The notes: generated by a model not told the origin, from the letters alone. A stretch of DNA of 64,000 bases from Octopus sinensis (GCF_006345805.1 NC_043005.1:82894001-82958000), one strand, 5' to 3'; counted from the stretch's first letter, positions 36,536 through 51,334 are shown. Numbers and translations are program-made.

Positions 36536-37934
36536 ATTATATATATATCATTTTACATATATATAATTTCTGGGGAAAGAAATCCAATCAAATAACGAAA
36601 TTTGGGAAAATACGTTCAGTTTTTCGATATACCTGGACGTTTTGGCACACATTATATATAGATTTAGTTTAACTTTGCAAAGAAATATTCAAATGAGTTT
36701 GCTTTGACGTAATATCACACTGATGTGAAGCATTTCTTCAGAAATACCTACTAATTCCCATTGCTGATCTGTCCTTCAACAAATCGATTTTTCCTTCTCA
36801 TGCAATGATAAAACCTTTGACTAATGCTTGGCCTACTGACAGCCAGAACCCTTTAGAATGATGTGAAAAATCTACGCAGTATTCTTCACCATGCAACTTA
36901 GAACGTTACAAAGTTGGAGATACTTTGTTGCATGAGCTCCAATATATTTAACAATGCTAATGTTTTTATACTACGTGTCACTTCAAATAGTAGATTTCTT
37001 ACAGAGATTGTACTGATGGAAAATATAATAAAAGAGAATAAAATATCTAGATCTGAGTGTTCTAGAATTCCAATAAATTCTTAACCATATTCCACTCATG
37101 GAACATGCATTGACGCTGCACACATTCAGCAAATTATCAAGATTTAGTTCTGCTTCGCGACATTTATCTTTCAAGTTGTCAAAGTTATCGATTCCGCATG
37201 CCTTGCATAAAAGTATACCCAAAGCGAGTAATTCTTCCTAACAGTGAAAACGCTTAGTTTATATCTCCACCACTAACCCCAGCCAAACATGAATACATAT
37301 GCTGGGTCACTGTTGTAACTAGATTCATTTATGCTTAGTGATGAATATTTGTCTTTATTTTTCTGTTTGAAGTCGTTCTTTTACAACCTGAGCGCAATCA
37401 ACCAGTTAATCAGTTAAGGTTCTTCTTAGAAGATACAGTTTTTGTTTTATACAATTCTAGCATATTTGATTCAAAGCATGCCACAACTGCAAGAATACGA
37501 TATTTTTTATTACTACATCACTAAAGTACTTAGCTTTCTTTCACGTAAACCATTTTATACAAAAACTTTGTATGTCTATCAACTACTAGCTAACTGTTTA
37601 CACTACTTTCCAAATATTTGCTTCACTAGAATCAATTCCTTGTTTTTACACAGATCTTAGTACATGTCTTTGAAACTGCATCTCATCTTTCATTTTACGA
37701 AGTTTTAACCTTCAAGCTTCTACTTCCCGCGGAGAATTAGCTATGGTCATTGAGTTGTGTAATGTTAATAGACATTACATTATACATTATTGCAATTTCC
37801 TTCTTCTAGAATAAAGACTGTGTTAGTTTTATAAATTAGGATATTGAAGATCCTGGTTGACTTATTTTCAATGTCTTTAGATAACTTAGACACCTGAGAT
37901 TTCGGCCATCATTGGCCCAGATCATATTATGATT

Positions 37935-37962
37935 ATGATCATGACCATCGTAATTATTATTA

Positions 37963-38023
<61 letters not shown>

Positions 38024-38124
38024 CATCATTATTATTATTATTATTGTTGTTGTTGTTGTTGTTGTTGCTACTACTGCTACTACTACTACTACTACTACTA
38101 CTGCTACTACTACTACTACTACTG

Positions 38125-38175
<51 letters not shown>

Positions 38176-38200
38176 TTATTATTATTATTATTATTATTAT
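37935..38200. repeat. Compound microsatellite ATT-GTT-GCT/ACT-ATT
   Basis: Direct inspection. Confidence 0.95.
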
Positions 38201-38204
38201 CATA

Positions 38205-38945
38205 AACATTATAAGTATTATTTCTGTTGTTTTTGATGTCGTTATTTTTCTTTTCGTTTTGCTTTTGTTTTAATTTATACAAGGGACAATAACTATTTGT
38301 AGAAGAAAATGCAAACAAGCGAAGTGCTATGTAATTGAAAAAACCGGTATTTGTGTGTTATAAAAACAAATCAATACAATTTATTTATAAGCCTGTATTT
38401 ACTTGAAGAGGAATTTACGTAAACCACGTGATACATCCATAAGTATGACTTTTTGCATCTCATTTATTTTTGAGCTGCCAGATATTTGGTCTACGTATTG
38501 TTTGCTCATTTTGACATAATTTCAAGTGATGCTGCTACTTGGAGACGTCACATTCTTCTGATTTCTATCTACAGGTCCTTATATTTGCTCAATTTATCAA
38601 ATGTTTTCAGGAATGTGTTTTTGTCAGCTGAGGATGCAATGTCCATCAAAAACACGTCTTTACAACAGGATTTTTCACAATAATGTCTAAGTCTCTTAGT
38701 CTGAATTTCCTGATCATTGTGAACACTGAATCTTTAAAAAGTGGTAACTTCAGCATTGTTGACAACTTTCTTCATTAATTAATGAATTTTCTTTTGTGCT
38801 TCAAATTTTCCTCCCCAAAGTATAAGTATAGCAATTCAATATATAAAAAACTCATACTCAAAATTTAGTATCCATACCTTCCCACTTTCCAGACGGGAAC
38901 ATCTTGAAATGCGACACGAACTGTTTTGTGTAATTTTCTGGTACA
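38205..38945 (-). mobile_element. Dong-like RLE LINE 3' region, decayed, adjoining (TAA)n
   Basis: KKVVNNAEVTT..FSVHNDQEI, KTCFLMDIASSADKN, FDKLSKYKDL*IEIRRM and EMQKVILMDVSRGLRKFLFK-stop (about 38399) match the Dong RLE and C-terminal motifs. Confidence 0.8.
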
Positions 38946-39984
38946 ATTTTTTGAGCTTATTAAAATCTGTAATGTTCCTCTAAAAATACTGACAGCAAAG
39001 ATGATCGCACAGAATTTACGTAATAAAAATATATTATAGAAAATTTTAATATTTTCCCATTATCATGGGTCAGAAACATTCTTCTAAGACTCTAAACTAC
39101 TACAGGCTTGCTTCTGGCTTCTCATTGCTGATTTAGATTATTATTTCTAACTGCAAGCAATATTCTCTACAGAAATGGTATTTTAGCTATGTGACAAAAT
39201 CTCGGTATATTACGAGAGAAGCTATGGTTATGAAAACCCTTTAACCCATTAAGCGCTTCCAGACATTATGCTCTTGAAGATTAACGAAACGGCTGCGATT
39301 GGTTGTGTGATACGCCACTGATGAGCTCCGTTTCTCAATCAGAATAGGAACTCGGCTCACCCATGGCTTCTTTTTGCTCTAAGAAGCTTACCAAAATTGT
39401 TCATTCATATTTACGCTTCTGTTTATTAATAAAGGAGGAAACGTCAGTGAATTGATTATCCTTGAGGGATGGTAAAAAAAAAATCCAATGCTTTAACACT
39501 TGATTTTCTCCTCCGGGAAATAATATAGAGATCTTATCATCTAGGCTATAAAATAACGGATGAGAAGATGAATGAAATAAATGAATAATGTTGAGGGATT
39601 GATGTACGGAAAGAGGAAGAAATGATCAGTTATCTTTTCTCCAGAGTAGAGAGCGAATAGTTGTTGCTGTTTCTGTTGTTGCTTAGCTCCAAAGTTATAC
39701 TTGATACAAAAGCTCTGAGAGATTAAAATTAGTAAGAATTTCGTATCTATGGCTACTTTATGTAATATGTTCTACTGAAATACAGAAGATTAAAATTTGA
39801 AGAAATATTGATTTCAAATTTTGGCGTGGTAACATTTCTGCCAGCTCACCGTCTTTCTCCGCCTTAATAATAGTAGTAATTCTTTCTGTTACAGACTCAA
39901 AGCCAGCTCGTCGCCTTTCTTTAATAATCCTTTCTACTATAGACACAAAGGCTGAAATTTTAAGAGTGGGCGCAAGTCGATTTC

Positions 39985-40090
39985 TTGAACTTAGTATTTA
40001 AATGCTACTTATTTTATCGACACCGAAAGGATGAAAGGCGAAGTCGGCCTCGGCGGGATTTGAACTCAGGGCGTAAATACGACATCAAGA
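39985..40090 (-). mobile_element. SINE family A fragment
   Basis: CCGAAAGGATGAAAGGCGAAGTCGGCCTCGGCGGGATTTGAACTCAG. Confidence 0.8.
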
Positions 40091-40099
40091 ATGGAGGTG

Positions 40100-40255
40100 G
40101 GGAGGAGGAGGAGGAGGAGGAGAAGAAGAAGAAGAAGAAGAAGAAGTATAAGAAGAAGAAGAAGAAGAAGAAGAAGACCAATGTCGACGACTGCTACAGT
40201 GCTGCTGATGATGACGAAGGTGATAATGATGATCGTGATGATGATGATGACATCG
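40100..40255. repeat. Compound (GAG)(AAG)(GAT) microsatellite
   Basis: Direct inspection. Confidence 0.9.
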
Positions 40256-42317
40256 GATAGGTTTTCCATAACACTTCACACTTTCAAGGTATACTTATTC
40301 TAAAATCGCATACTTACTTCTTCTGTATTATACAAACTGCTTATAAATAACATTAAGTTGTTGTCTAGATTTTCTGAACCTTTCCCTCTTTGATAATATA
40401 CATTACGAAACTCTATACTTACAATATATAGCATATAAATAACATTACTATCTTTGTTTCTTCATTGACAGTTCTTAAAGCAAACAAGGAAAAACTCTTC
40501 CTTTTGATGTTGTTATCATCTTTACTTTTAAACCAAACACGCTAATAGATTGAATAGCTTCCCTGGCTAAAGCAGCGTTAAAGTTTGCTAAATATTCTTT
40601 GCTGTGGTTTAGTCTGACGTGCAAGGGCATTTGTAGTGACCTTTTATATGAAACCTCCGATACTGGTATACGAAAAGAAAGAGGATCTTAATATAAGTTG
40701 AATCGGAAACTTGTCTTGCATATTTGCAACATAATCGAATGCATTAAAAGTACCTGAGAGCCGAGTAATATGATAGTGCTCAACATGGTGATGGATTAGA
40801 TCTAGCACCAAAAGAAAAACGTTATATATTAAGATCAGAATCCTCTCGCTTATACTTGTAACATAGTGGTGTCCACCAAAGGCACTCGTGGACCAGGTGA
40901 CCGTTGTTTTTGTTGTTTTTGTTGTTGTTGTTGCCGCCAAGAAATGTATGAAATATAAAAGGAAATATGAAGCATTAAGACATAAGCTCGATGCTGTCTG
41001 TTAAAGACTGAATAATATAACTGAATTTGTATTTGATCTGCTTAACTCCAGTTCAGTCTTAATCGTGCATTCATTTTATTAAATACATTGCCGCCATAAG
41101 TATCTCATCGTATTTTACACACAATTTATTTTTCAAACAATCTAATGATGTAACGAGTCTTTTTTAAAACTGTTAGGCGCATTAGTCAATGAGTACTTAC
41201 TTTTCAAGACAATAACGACTGAACTAAGAGAGATTCGGTAGAAGTTTTTAGAATGCCGAGCTACTTCCTAAATGTTCCTTTATTGAATCGGATTCCTTGT
41301 GATTAATAATATCCCAGGTCAATTCTGATTCGTGAAGCAGGAAACACTGCGTTACATTTGTAGCCATTTCGGCATTCCTATAGATTACAGGTGATTAAGT
41401 AACGGATAGGATATATGTAGAAATTTCAAATCAAAATGTTGGTACCTCATACGTCTTTAATTTGGGTCTTTTTTATCAGGATTGGCTAGGGTCAACTCAA
41501 GAAAAATTGCACAAGACTAAACGACTCCTTTCCCCGCATTTGCAGGCTTTGTGCCAAAATTTCGATCCAAATAACGCATCTGTAATAGGTTTTTGTCCAA
41601 GTCTGTGTCCAACCTATGTTCATGTGAAAATCTCTATATTAACGTTATATTTTATAAGATTAGAGGAGTAATGTCAGAAAATGTAGATGAAGAAACATTG
41701 CTCAAGCAGACTTTCTTCGTCATAAATCCACTCTGTCCTCGTTGTCATCAGTCGAAATATCAAAACAACACTCTCAACACTTGACACATTAATTCAAACA
41801 CTTCAATAGGTTGGTGTTGAAATTGTCACGCAGAATAATCTCAATATCAGTCTAAATCTTCATTCATAGCCATTTCCAAAAGATGGCATTATTGCGCATT
41901 TAACTTGATTCTAACACCTCCATCTACAAACGGAATTGTCTGCAAAGGTTTCGTAGACAATTCTGATTTTGTTTTGTTCTTATCTGTCATAACATTAAAC
42001 ACAGGATTTTATAGGTGAAAATATTTATCTTTGTCGTCATTCGAATATCAAATTGCTTCAATTGTATCAATAATTCTAAGAAATTATATGTCGTTTAGAT
42101 ATTCCAAGAAACATCTTCGATCGATAAATCATCTCTAAGTTCTAACATTATAATTATTGACAGCTACCTAAATCATTATATATATATATATATATAATGT
42201 ACATATATAATATACATATATAATGTACATATATATATGGTATATATAAAATATATAAATCATAGTGTATATATATATATATATATCATAATGTATATAT
42301 AACTTATGTGTGTATAC

Positions 42318-42406
<89 letters not shown>

Positions 42407-42420
42407 TATATATACATATA

Positions 42421-42453
<33 letters not shown>

Positions 42454-42541
42454 GTGTGTGTGTATATATATATATATATACATACATACATATATATACA
42501 TGTACATATATATTAAATATGTGTATGTATATATATATAAA

Positions 42542-42580
<39 letters not shown>

Positions 42581-43094
42581 TATATATATATTATATATAT
42601 ATATGTACAAATATGTGTGTTTTCAACGAAATGTGTATCAACAGACAAATACTAAATAGTAAACGAAGACTATTCAAATGACGCTATTAACTGAACGAAG
42701 CTCTATCATTACGATGAGTATCTCATAGTTTTCATTGATTAAACTACAGATTATTCAATAGAATGTTTTGATTAAATTCCAACTTATCTCGCATTTTATT
42801 TAACTGCAACAATTATTGTTACAGTGTTGTTGCCGAATAGTATTTTCGTTTTTCCTTTTTTTTTATATAAGAATTGATATTAATGATATTCTTATTTTGT
42901 AGATCTATGAAGATTTTCTCTCAATTCTGGCAGCAAGTAGTGGAAATATTTGGCATAATGCCGATCATAATATAACGTGTCAGAATGGAACGTATGGTTG
43001 GAAATGGTTGTGTAAGAAATATCAGCCGAATTTTTTTTTAATTCAAAAACACAAAATGTCAGACAGGCATGTAATGTAGATAATGGATATATCT

Positions 43095-43790
43095 ATTTAT
43101 TATTTTTTTAATTATTGAACATTGAATCCTAATGTTATTATTTACAAATACGACATACTTCTGTCTGCCAAACTTCAGCCAGGAGGCACTGAGTCAACAG
43201 AAATCTATGGCAAAAAACACTTATTTAAAGAATCATCCTGTGAGAATTTACTCGAATTCACACAAATTGAGCTTCTTACACATCCACACCAAATGAGTTT
43301 CGTACTTACTCATCCATGTCTTCGACCTTGATTTACTTTCTCACTTAAGCCCTTCGATCCTCAACTAACCTAGCCCATCGACAACATTACTCCCCTGTTC
43401 TCGACTCTGTCTGTTCCGCTTCTCTTGTATAGGATATCTGTTTATTCAGCTCTGCCTCAGAATCCCCTCCCATCTACTTTTAGGGTGTTTCTCTTCCGAC
43501 TCCCATGTTGGTCCAGATCAAGATCTCGTGTGTATGGTTCCCAAAAGAGAGACTTTCATTCCCAGGTATGATTGGTTCTGAAATGCCATCGATACCTTTT
43601 GAAACTGCCCTACGCAAACCAATTTTATCTCTGAGATGTAGTCCATATAAATCTGGCCTCTATTCTTCGACCTGCCCAGCATGGAAGGACCTTCTAAGAG
43701 CTTGTGTTCCGTTGAAATAGCCTTCAGGGAGATTAACACAAACAAGCCACAACACAGCAACAAGAAACAAGGGGTTGACAATGTGGCAAC
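43095..43790 (-). mobile_element. Probable RTE-type LINE 5' region (UTR and start of APE domain), decayed
   Basis: CCTCTATTCTTCGACCTGCCCAGCATGGAAGGACCT..ATAGCC resembles the reverse complement of RTE 5' UTRs; SLADRS..IITLGFNVQ resembles the APE start (TxNV). Confidence 0.4.
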
Positions 43791-44846
43791 TTCGCTTCTG
43801 ATAGGATACAAGTAGAAAAGAACATTTTACCACCACATCCTACTTTTACATTTATATTCAACACAGTGAAATTATTTCCAGGAGTATCTGAATGGAGTGA
43901 TAAATTTAAATATAAATTGTTTTATATTTTGCATATTGGTTTAATTCCGTAAGATTGATTGAACCGTCATTGAATATATATAAAATAAAGCGTTAGATAA
44001 AACTGATAGAAAACAACATGGTGAAAGTTTTATATCAGTTTATCCTACATTGAGCTGTTAGATTTGATGTAGATCTGAAAATCAAAGGAAAAATTTTTCT
44101 AGAATTTCGTTGAAATAGTTATTTTTGAATAGAGATTAAGAAAACCGTAATTCTATAAAGCGAGCAGGAAAATTGCAAAGCCGAAAAAAAAGTAGCATTA
44201 ACTCTTAATATGTTTAAATAAACAACGCAGTAATTTTCCTATCTAAGTGATTATAAAGTGACTTGAATGCTTATAGCATTAATAGCTTGAAATTTATATC
44301 CTGAAATTAATTCTTATCAATTAAAGGTGTTATCTTTCAAAGCACCACATATGCATAAGTTGAAAGCGTAGAGACAAAAGTGTAAACCAATTCTCCTTCC
44401 TTCTTACCTTTCATCCAATGGACTTTTTTTCAGCGTGAGATCCCCCGCATCGTTCACATTTTACCTCACAACTCGAACACGTTCAGTGTGTTCTAGATTA
44501 CTCTTTTTTTCTGTTTTGAATCGGGCAAATTCTATGTGACCCTTCAGTCAGAAGATCACGTTTCTCTAATTAAACACATATTAATATCACCTGCAAATAC
44601 AAGTTGCCTACCTTCATTTACTACATACTCATTGCCTACATACTCTGGAGAGCGTTTTCTCTCTCTATCTCTATCTACCTATCCATCTCTTTCCCCCTCT
44701 CTCTCTCTCTCCTTCTTTCCCTCCCTCTTTCTCTCAGTTTCACATGCAGTTTCACTAACCGATCATCAAACAGCTGTGATCATTAAGAAAAATCCTAGAT
44801 TATAACGGTTATAAATATTTATACACAATATCACATTGTTCTAAAC

Positions 44847-44915
44847 CAGGGCTGACCAAACTGAAGCCCGTGGGCAGTATGCAGCTCGACGACCTTTATC
44901 TTTCGGCCCGCTTGA
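44847..44915 (+). mobile_element. hAT (Charlie-type) transposon terminus
   Basis: CAGGGCTGACCAAACTG..GCCCGTGGGC..GGCCCGC resembles Charlie-type TIR and subterminal repeats, preceded by the TTCTAAAC target-like octamer. Confidence 0.55.
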
Positions 44916-45859
44916 TACTTTCTTGAAATGGGTTTATTTAAACTAAGATTTTTAAAATTTCATCAAAAGTTAAAGATTGAAATGGAAAGTAAAAACGGAA
45001 GATACTACTGTTTCTGCAATGATTATATATGTTGAATCAACGATTATTCATTCATTATTGTAATAATAGCACGAGAAAGCAAAATGCTTTCAATTCTGTC
45101 AGTATACAAGTGGGCCTCATTAGTGTCAGTAAAGTGCCAGTGGCATCCTGGGATCATTAGATCGGTTAACTCTCTCCCCTAAAAAATGCTGGCCTTGTGT
45201 CTAAACTGGAGCCATTTGTGTTAATAGTCACTAAAATCATAGAAACTGTTATATTGGTTATTTTCCCTATGTTTGACGTCAGAGAATTTTAAAATTAACG
45301 GTGAAAAATGAATTCATGAATAATAATTCAGTTGGAATGATTATTCGCATATTTTTCCGAAACACATCTAAACAGGTTAAGAAACAAAATATGCAGGTCT
45401 GTATAGTGTAGCTCAACGGAGATTTTTTTTTTTTCATTTTTCCGAAGACAGTGTGTTAAATACATTCGGTACATTGGCGTACGACATTCTGTGATATCCA
45501 TGTTCCGAAATGTGTCTCATTAGTCAGAAGCAGCCGGAAGCCTGATCCTAAACAAAGCCAGCCACTTTGTACTTTCAGCAGACAAATTGTTTATTGGTTG
45601 GTGCTTATATCTGCCAACAAATAAACAAAAACTGCTATTTGCACCGTGTATAGTGAGATATGGAACGATTATTCGAATATTTACTCTTAACACATCTAGG
45701 CAATTTCGAATGCAAAATATGCTGATCGGTGTAGTGTCATAAAAGAATAACTTCTCCCTTTTATAACAACAGTGTGTTTAGTACACTCGGCTCAAGTTGA
45801 AATTATATCTGACAGGTAAATATATGGCATATACCATGCAGAAAATCAGAAATCAAAAT

Positions 45860-46315
45860 AATGATGGTTTCAAATTTTTATACAATGCCAGCAATTTCGG
45901 GGGAAGGAGTACCCCGATTACATCGATCAAAGTGTTCAACATGTACTTGTTTTATCGACCCCAAAATGATGAAAAGCAAAGTCGACCTCGAGGGAATTTA
46001 AACTCAGAACGTAAAGACGGACGAATTCATCGCTAGGCATTTTTCCCGTTGTGCTAATGATTCTACCAGCGCACCGCCCTTATCGGATTAATGATATTGC
46101 TTTCAAATTTTGGTATAAAGCCAGTAAGTTTTGGGAAGTGTTTTAAGTCGATTACCTCATAGCCAGTGCTCGATTGGTACTGATTATATCGAGCCCGAAA
46201 TGATGGAAGGCAAAGTCGACTGCGGTGGAATTTGAACTCAGAATATAAGGACAGACGAAATACCGCTAGGCATTTTGCCTGGCGTGCTAACGATTCTGAC
46301 AACTCGCCACCCTTA
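45860..46315 (-). mobile_element. Two tandem SINE family A copies
   Basis: Two successive AAAGTCGAC..GAATTT(A/G)AACTCAGAA..GTGCTAA.GATTCT..CGCC.CCTTATC units. Confidence 0.85.
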
Positions 46316-47339
46316 TCATAATAATAATATTGAGTTAAAGGCTTTGAATTTGGAAGAATGGAAATGATCGATTATATGAACTCCAGTAATTGAATGGAAT
46401 TTTATTGAAAAGTAAAATTGTCTTCGGTGGCATTAGAAGTCGAGTAAGAGTAATAATATTAATTATCAACAAATTTACTTGACTCAAAAATTTGTAAAGT
46501 TAGTAAACTTCACCTGCTCTCATTCTCTCGTCCACTGTCTTTGTGCAGAATTTAAAGAGAAAATCGAAATATATGTCTGACGTAAATATAGTTTCTCTCA
46601 TTTCTGCAATATGTTTAAAGACTTGGCCAGTGGTGTGCTAGAGACAGTAGCATGGCTGATTAAATATTTATTGTATGTAGTCTCGCTCTATTTTGTCGCA
46701 AAATCTACCGAGATCGACTATATCTTTTATTACCAGTAATACACTTATGGACATTTCAATTGGTTGTACACCTTGTGCAATGCAGAGCCTTCTATTCATG
46801 TACAAAATAAATACAGAACTTTTTAATATTATCTAGTTATAGTGCTGTTGGTAAAAAAAAAAGAAAAATGAATGAATTTTATCATCTTCAATGTCTTCCT
46901 TCCTGACAAAATGTGTGATTTTTGAGCCAAGTTAAAATGAAAGCATTATTAACTTTCTTTAATCTTGTTGAAACTCTGCGAGTAACATAATTTAATCAAG
47001 TGACTTGATGTATAACAAAGCATCAAAGAAATCTTAATTATGTGTATTTTATTTAAAGTTATGCTATTAAGCTGAGAGATGATGCCAGAAAGCTTCCTAT
47101 CCATCACTTTCATCAGTAACGGTGCTTCAGTCAAAATAGCCGAAAATAAAAAAAAAGAACATTTCCATGAAAAATACTTTTAATACAGCTTTATTGCATT
47201 TCAGAAACGCATTGCACCGGTTTTATTCTGAACAGTATGCACTTAATAGTATATATATACTTCCACATTATATAAAACAGTAATTTATTATTTTCGTAGA
47301 TAGTAAGGCAATGATCTAGTAGAATAGACACAACGTCGG

Positions 47340-47950
47340 AATGTATGCATCGTGGTAATCATTTCGACAGATAATATTCTGAATTCAAATCCGACTAAGA
47401 TTTACTTGGTTTCTTTCTTCTCTTTTTTTTTTTATTTTTTCCAGGTTGAAACTTTAGATGCCGTTCAAATTGCTAGCCTTGGGCCGAAATTACAAAATAG
47501 TATTATCTTTGATATTTGGGCAGTGGATTGGCAGAATACTCAGTGCCGGTCATAATCCCTAATGGTATTTGTACAGACTCTCTACGTTCTGAGTTCAAAT
47601 CCTACTAGAGTTAAATGTACTTTTTATCATTTCGGGAATGTTAAAAATAAAGTACCAGTCGAGCAATGAATTCGATGGTATCTACTAAAACATCATCCTC
47701 AAATTAACTGGTTTGGGGCCTAAATTAGAATCGATTGTTATCACTTATAGAAGGGTGGTTAATTGGCAAAATCGTTAGAACGTTGGATAAAATACCTTCA
47801 TACTATGAGTTCAAATCTTGGGATGGTCGAATTTCGTTTTATCCTTTATAGTTAAATAAAATAAGTACTTGTTAAGCATTGGTGTTGATGGTATCAACAA
47901 ACCCTCCATACTTAAATTTCAGTCCTTGTGCCTAAATCAGAAATCATTAT
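47340..47950 (+). mobile_element. Three head-to-tail degraded SINE family A copies
   Basis: GAATTCAAATCC (about 47381), GAGTTCAAATCC (about 47591) and GAGTTCAAATCT (about 47807), each with family A body remnants. Confidence 0.7.
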
Positions 47951-48566
47951 ATTAGCTGAGAGTATAGTGAGTTAGGAGAATCGGTAAAGCACTGTCTAAA
48001 CGATCCACGTCTGTTTACAAATTCTATGTATAAATCATGGAGTTGCCTTAGGCCCGCCTGGAGCGATGGGGGAGAATACAAAGTCAGAATTTATACTCAG
48101 AGTTCACATGTGAGCCATTGGTAAAGAGGTAAAGTGATAGAAATGACAACGTCTAGAAGAAAATCCGTCATAGTTTTAACTTCTCATCCTCTCTCTTTTG
48201 ATTTTAATTTCGTTAGAGATCAATTTTACAAGTCTTTCTTCCACCACCGGTATGTCACGTACCAGTTATATATTGAACTATTTTTGCTGATGTTTAAATC
48301 TTTATTATTCACAATATTGTATTATATTGTTTACTATATTGTATAAAACTTGTAAGCAGGAGCAAGGGTATGTCATGTAGATGACTCCCCCTGTATATAA
48401 CAATGCCTAAAGTTGCATGGTATTTGAAATCCTGATGGATGCCACTCTGCAGATACAGCACTGTAGTTTAGTCTCACACAATTAATCTTTCCGAGCTTGA
48501 AAACGTAAGAAGTTCGTCATTTCTATTACGCAATACAAATGAAAGCAATATTAAAAAAGTGTTGTA

Positions 48567-48949
48567 TTGCAGGTGTGCCTGTGTGATGAGAAGCTTGCTT
48601 CTCAAATACATGGTTCCCAGTTCAGTCCAACAGGTGGCAACGTAGGCGACTGTCTTCTACTTTAGCGTCGGGCCGAACAAAGCCTTCCGAGTGGGTTTGG
48701 TAGACGGAAATTGAAAGAATCCTGTCGTATATCTATGTATATATGTGTATGTCTCTGAATCTGCGTTTATTGCTCACCACCGCTTGACAACCGGTGATGG
48801 TGTATTTACGTCCCCGTAACTTAGCAGTTCGGCAAAATAGACCGATAGAATAAGTACTAGGCTTCAAAACAAATGTCCTAGCATATTAAAAGCCTCGAAG
48901 GCGGTGCCCCACCATGGCCGCAGTTAAATGATTGAAACAAGTAAAGAGA
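48567..48949 (+). mobile_element. SINE family B, full length, diverged
   Basis: Head, TTTGGTAGACGGAAATTGAAAGAA, CGCTTGACAACCG and GGCGGTGCCCCACCATGGCCGCAG tail. Confidence 0.88.
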
Positions 48950-48951
48950 AT

Positions 48952-49148
48952 TGTTTTCAATTTTAGACACAAGGCCAGCATGTTCGGGAGATGGGGTAAG
49001 TCGAGTGCATCGACCCCAGTACTGAACTCTGACAGATGAAAAGCAAAGTCAGCCTCGACAGAATTTGAATTCAGAACGTAAAGACGGACTAAATCCCGCA
49101 AAGCATTTTGACCGGCATATTAATATTCCCGCCAGCTCGCCGCCTTAG
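48952..49148 (-). mobile_element. SINE family A
   Basis: AAGTCGAGTGCATCGACCCCAGT..GAATTTGAATTCAGAACG..CCAGCTCGCCGCCTT. Confidence 0.85.
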
Positions 49149-51334
49149 ATTTGTCTATAATTGTATTGTTCCAAATATATACTTGTAAATCGTCTCAAAC
49201 TATTGCATATTCTATTGGGTTACTTGGATTGAATTGTTTTACAATACAGATACTGATTTCGTTATTGCCATCCGGATATTACTGCATCAGTAATTAATTG
49301 TCTTTGTATAAATTCTTTTACTTGATATCCTGCCTGAATAAACTTACGACGATACCAGTGAGAAATGTTAACTATTTGAAAAAGAAACTAATTTTCGTTA
49401 ATGCCATATTAATTTATGCTTTTAGCTTTTCTGTGAAAACTATTATCATTCAATTTATTGAATATTTTTTCGCTTAATTTATCATACATTTCATATCAGT
49501 CAATTTATCATTTATTTCTTCAGTCGAATTATTGTATATTTTCTTTACTTATCTGTGTGTATCTGAACATAGGTGTATTTATATGTTTAAAGAATATAAC
49601 AATATTACCGGAGGAATATTTTTGATACTATTGAATTCATATTTTCAATCTCATTATGTTTTTATAGTAATTAAATATACATCATGTTTGAGCACCTTAT
49701 AACAATAATAATCGCTTTATCTAAGGTCAGTTAAGGACAAATGTTAGTCTTATAGTTGTTTACTCCAGATAATTTTTGCACTCTACTTGGTTCGTTACGG
49801 TTGTGCTGCACATGTTTACAATTGAGCGACATAATGCGAGCCGTTGTTGAAAGTTAAAACTGCGCATCGTAACGTGCCGAATACAATTGAGATTTCACGA
49901 TCTAGGCAGGTTGGAGAAAAATCAATAAAGGTTGCATCGTTTCGAATACATTCGATGACGTATGTCAATTGTCACTGTGGCTTTAGGCTTTCTTGTGAAA
50001 CTGCATGTTGCTATAGTTTCGCGATATCGTCAAATAGATTAACATACATAACAGGGCTTCGAGTACAGTATTTTGTAATCTGAAACACGGGGATTCATTC
50101 ATAAGAAATAGAACAAATAATTCCCATATGTTATCAAGAGGCCACCCACCCCCACTAGCTCCACTCCTACTTCGTTTTTAATCTGCAGATACTGACTAGA
50201 ATCTAAAAGAAAAATATACCACAGATTCTTTGTAAATATATCACACAAATCTTTCGTTTTACCATTTCCCAGCGATGGAAAACTATCTCCAGTGGTTGCA
50301 TTAGATATTTTTATAAAAAAATTAAATATAAATTTTTCTATCAAAAAGAGAGTTTCATCTATACTACTAATATCTTTTTTTTTTGTTTTTTGTTATTTTT
50401 TTGCTTTTGGTGGGGTGGGGTTATTTTTTCGAAATATCCGGATATAACCTTCCTCGCTACGGTAGATTTTGAAGAATCGGTGTTAATACGGTGTTCTGTA
50501 TTGTTAATCTATTTTATTTGTGATTATAATATATCAATTTCTAAAGGTGAGAACAATTATTCAGTATAGGAAGCTTCATACTATTTCTCTAACAACGAGT
50601 CTGGCGCCAGAGAGGTTTGTATTAATGGAAATGTATGGCACTCTGTCTTCATAACTTGATATACAGGACCAACACTACATGCTAGATTCTATTACACAAC
50701 GCCCATATATTATTTCTCTGAGAACTTTATAGTGAATTATTGATGTATTTATAAGACGTTCAAAGATTGGTTTCTCTTAAACTATACATATAACTTTCGA
50801 CAGATAATTCAAAAGTGAAGCGTAATACATGATCTAAGTTTCATCTGTATATTTACACATTTGTATCCACAGAGAGTAGTGTGGTAAACCATTCTGTGAG
50901 TAATTCTGCAGAGCCAGTTCAGAATTTGCAAGAAATGGTTTAAAAATTAGTATATATATGATTAGATTAACAAAGGCTGAATTTCTTCCTACTACATACT
51001 ATTAAAGCTGTGTTCCATATTATTCAGGATACTGTATTAGTGTCAATGAAGAACATTAGAGCAATCTTTTAACTTTATATTTATTAATAACTACGTGGTT
51101 TTCCAATTTAGGCAAAAGCCTGAAATTAAAGATGACAATAAATAACATTGCTGAAACCAGCCCAAGGTAGCTATGGTTGACAAGAGTCTGAGGATGGAAT
51201 CCTTCTGCAGGTGAAGACTGCTTCTCTCGGGCAACCCTAGACGCTAAGGGGCGACCCTGAGATATCTGCTGATGATAGGGAAAGTTTCCAGCAATGCATT
51301 CGATTCAGAAGGTGAATTTGTAATGCCTCTGAGT

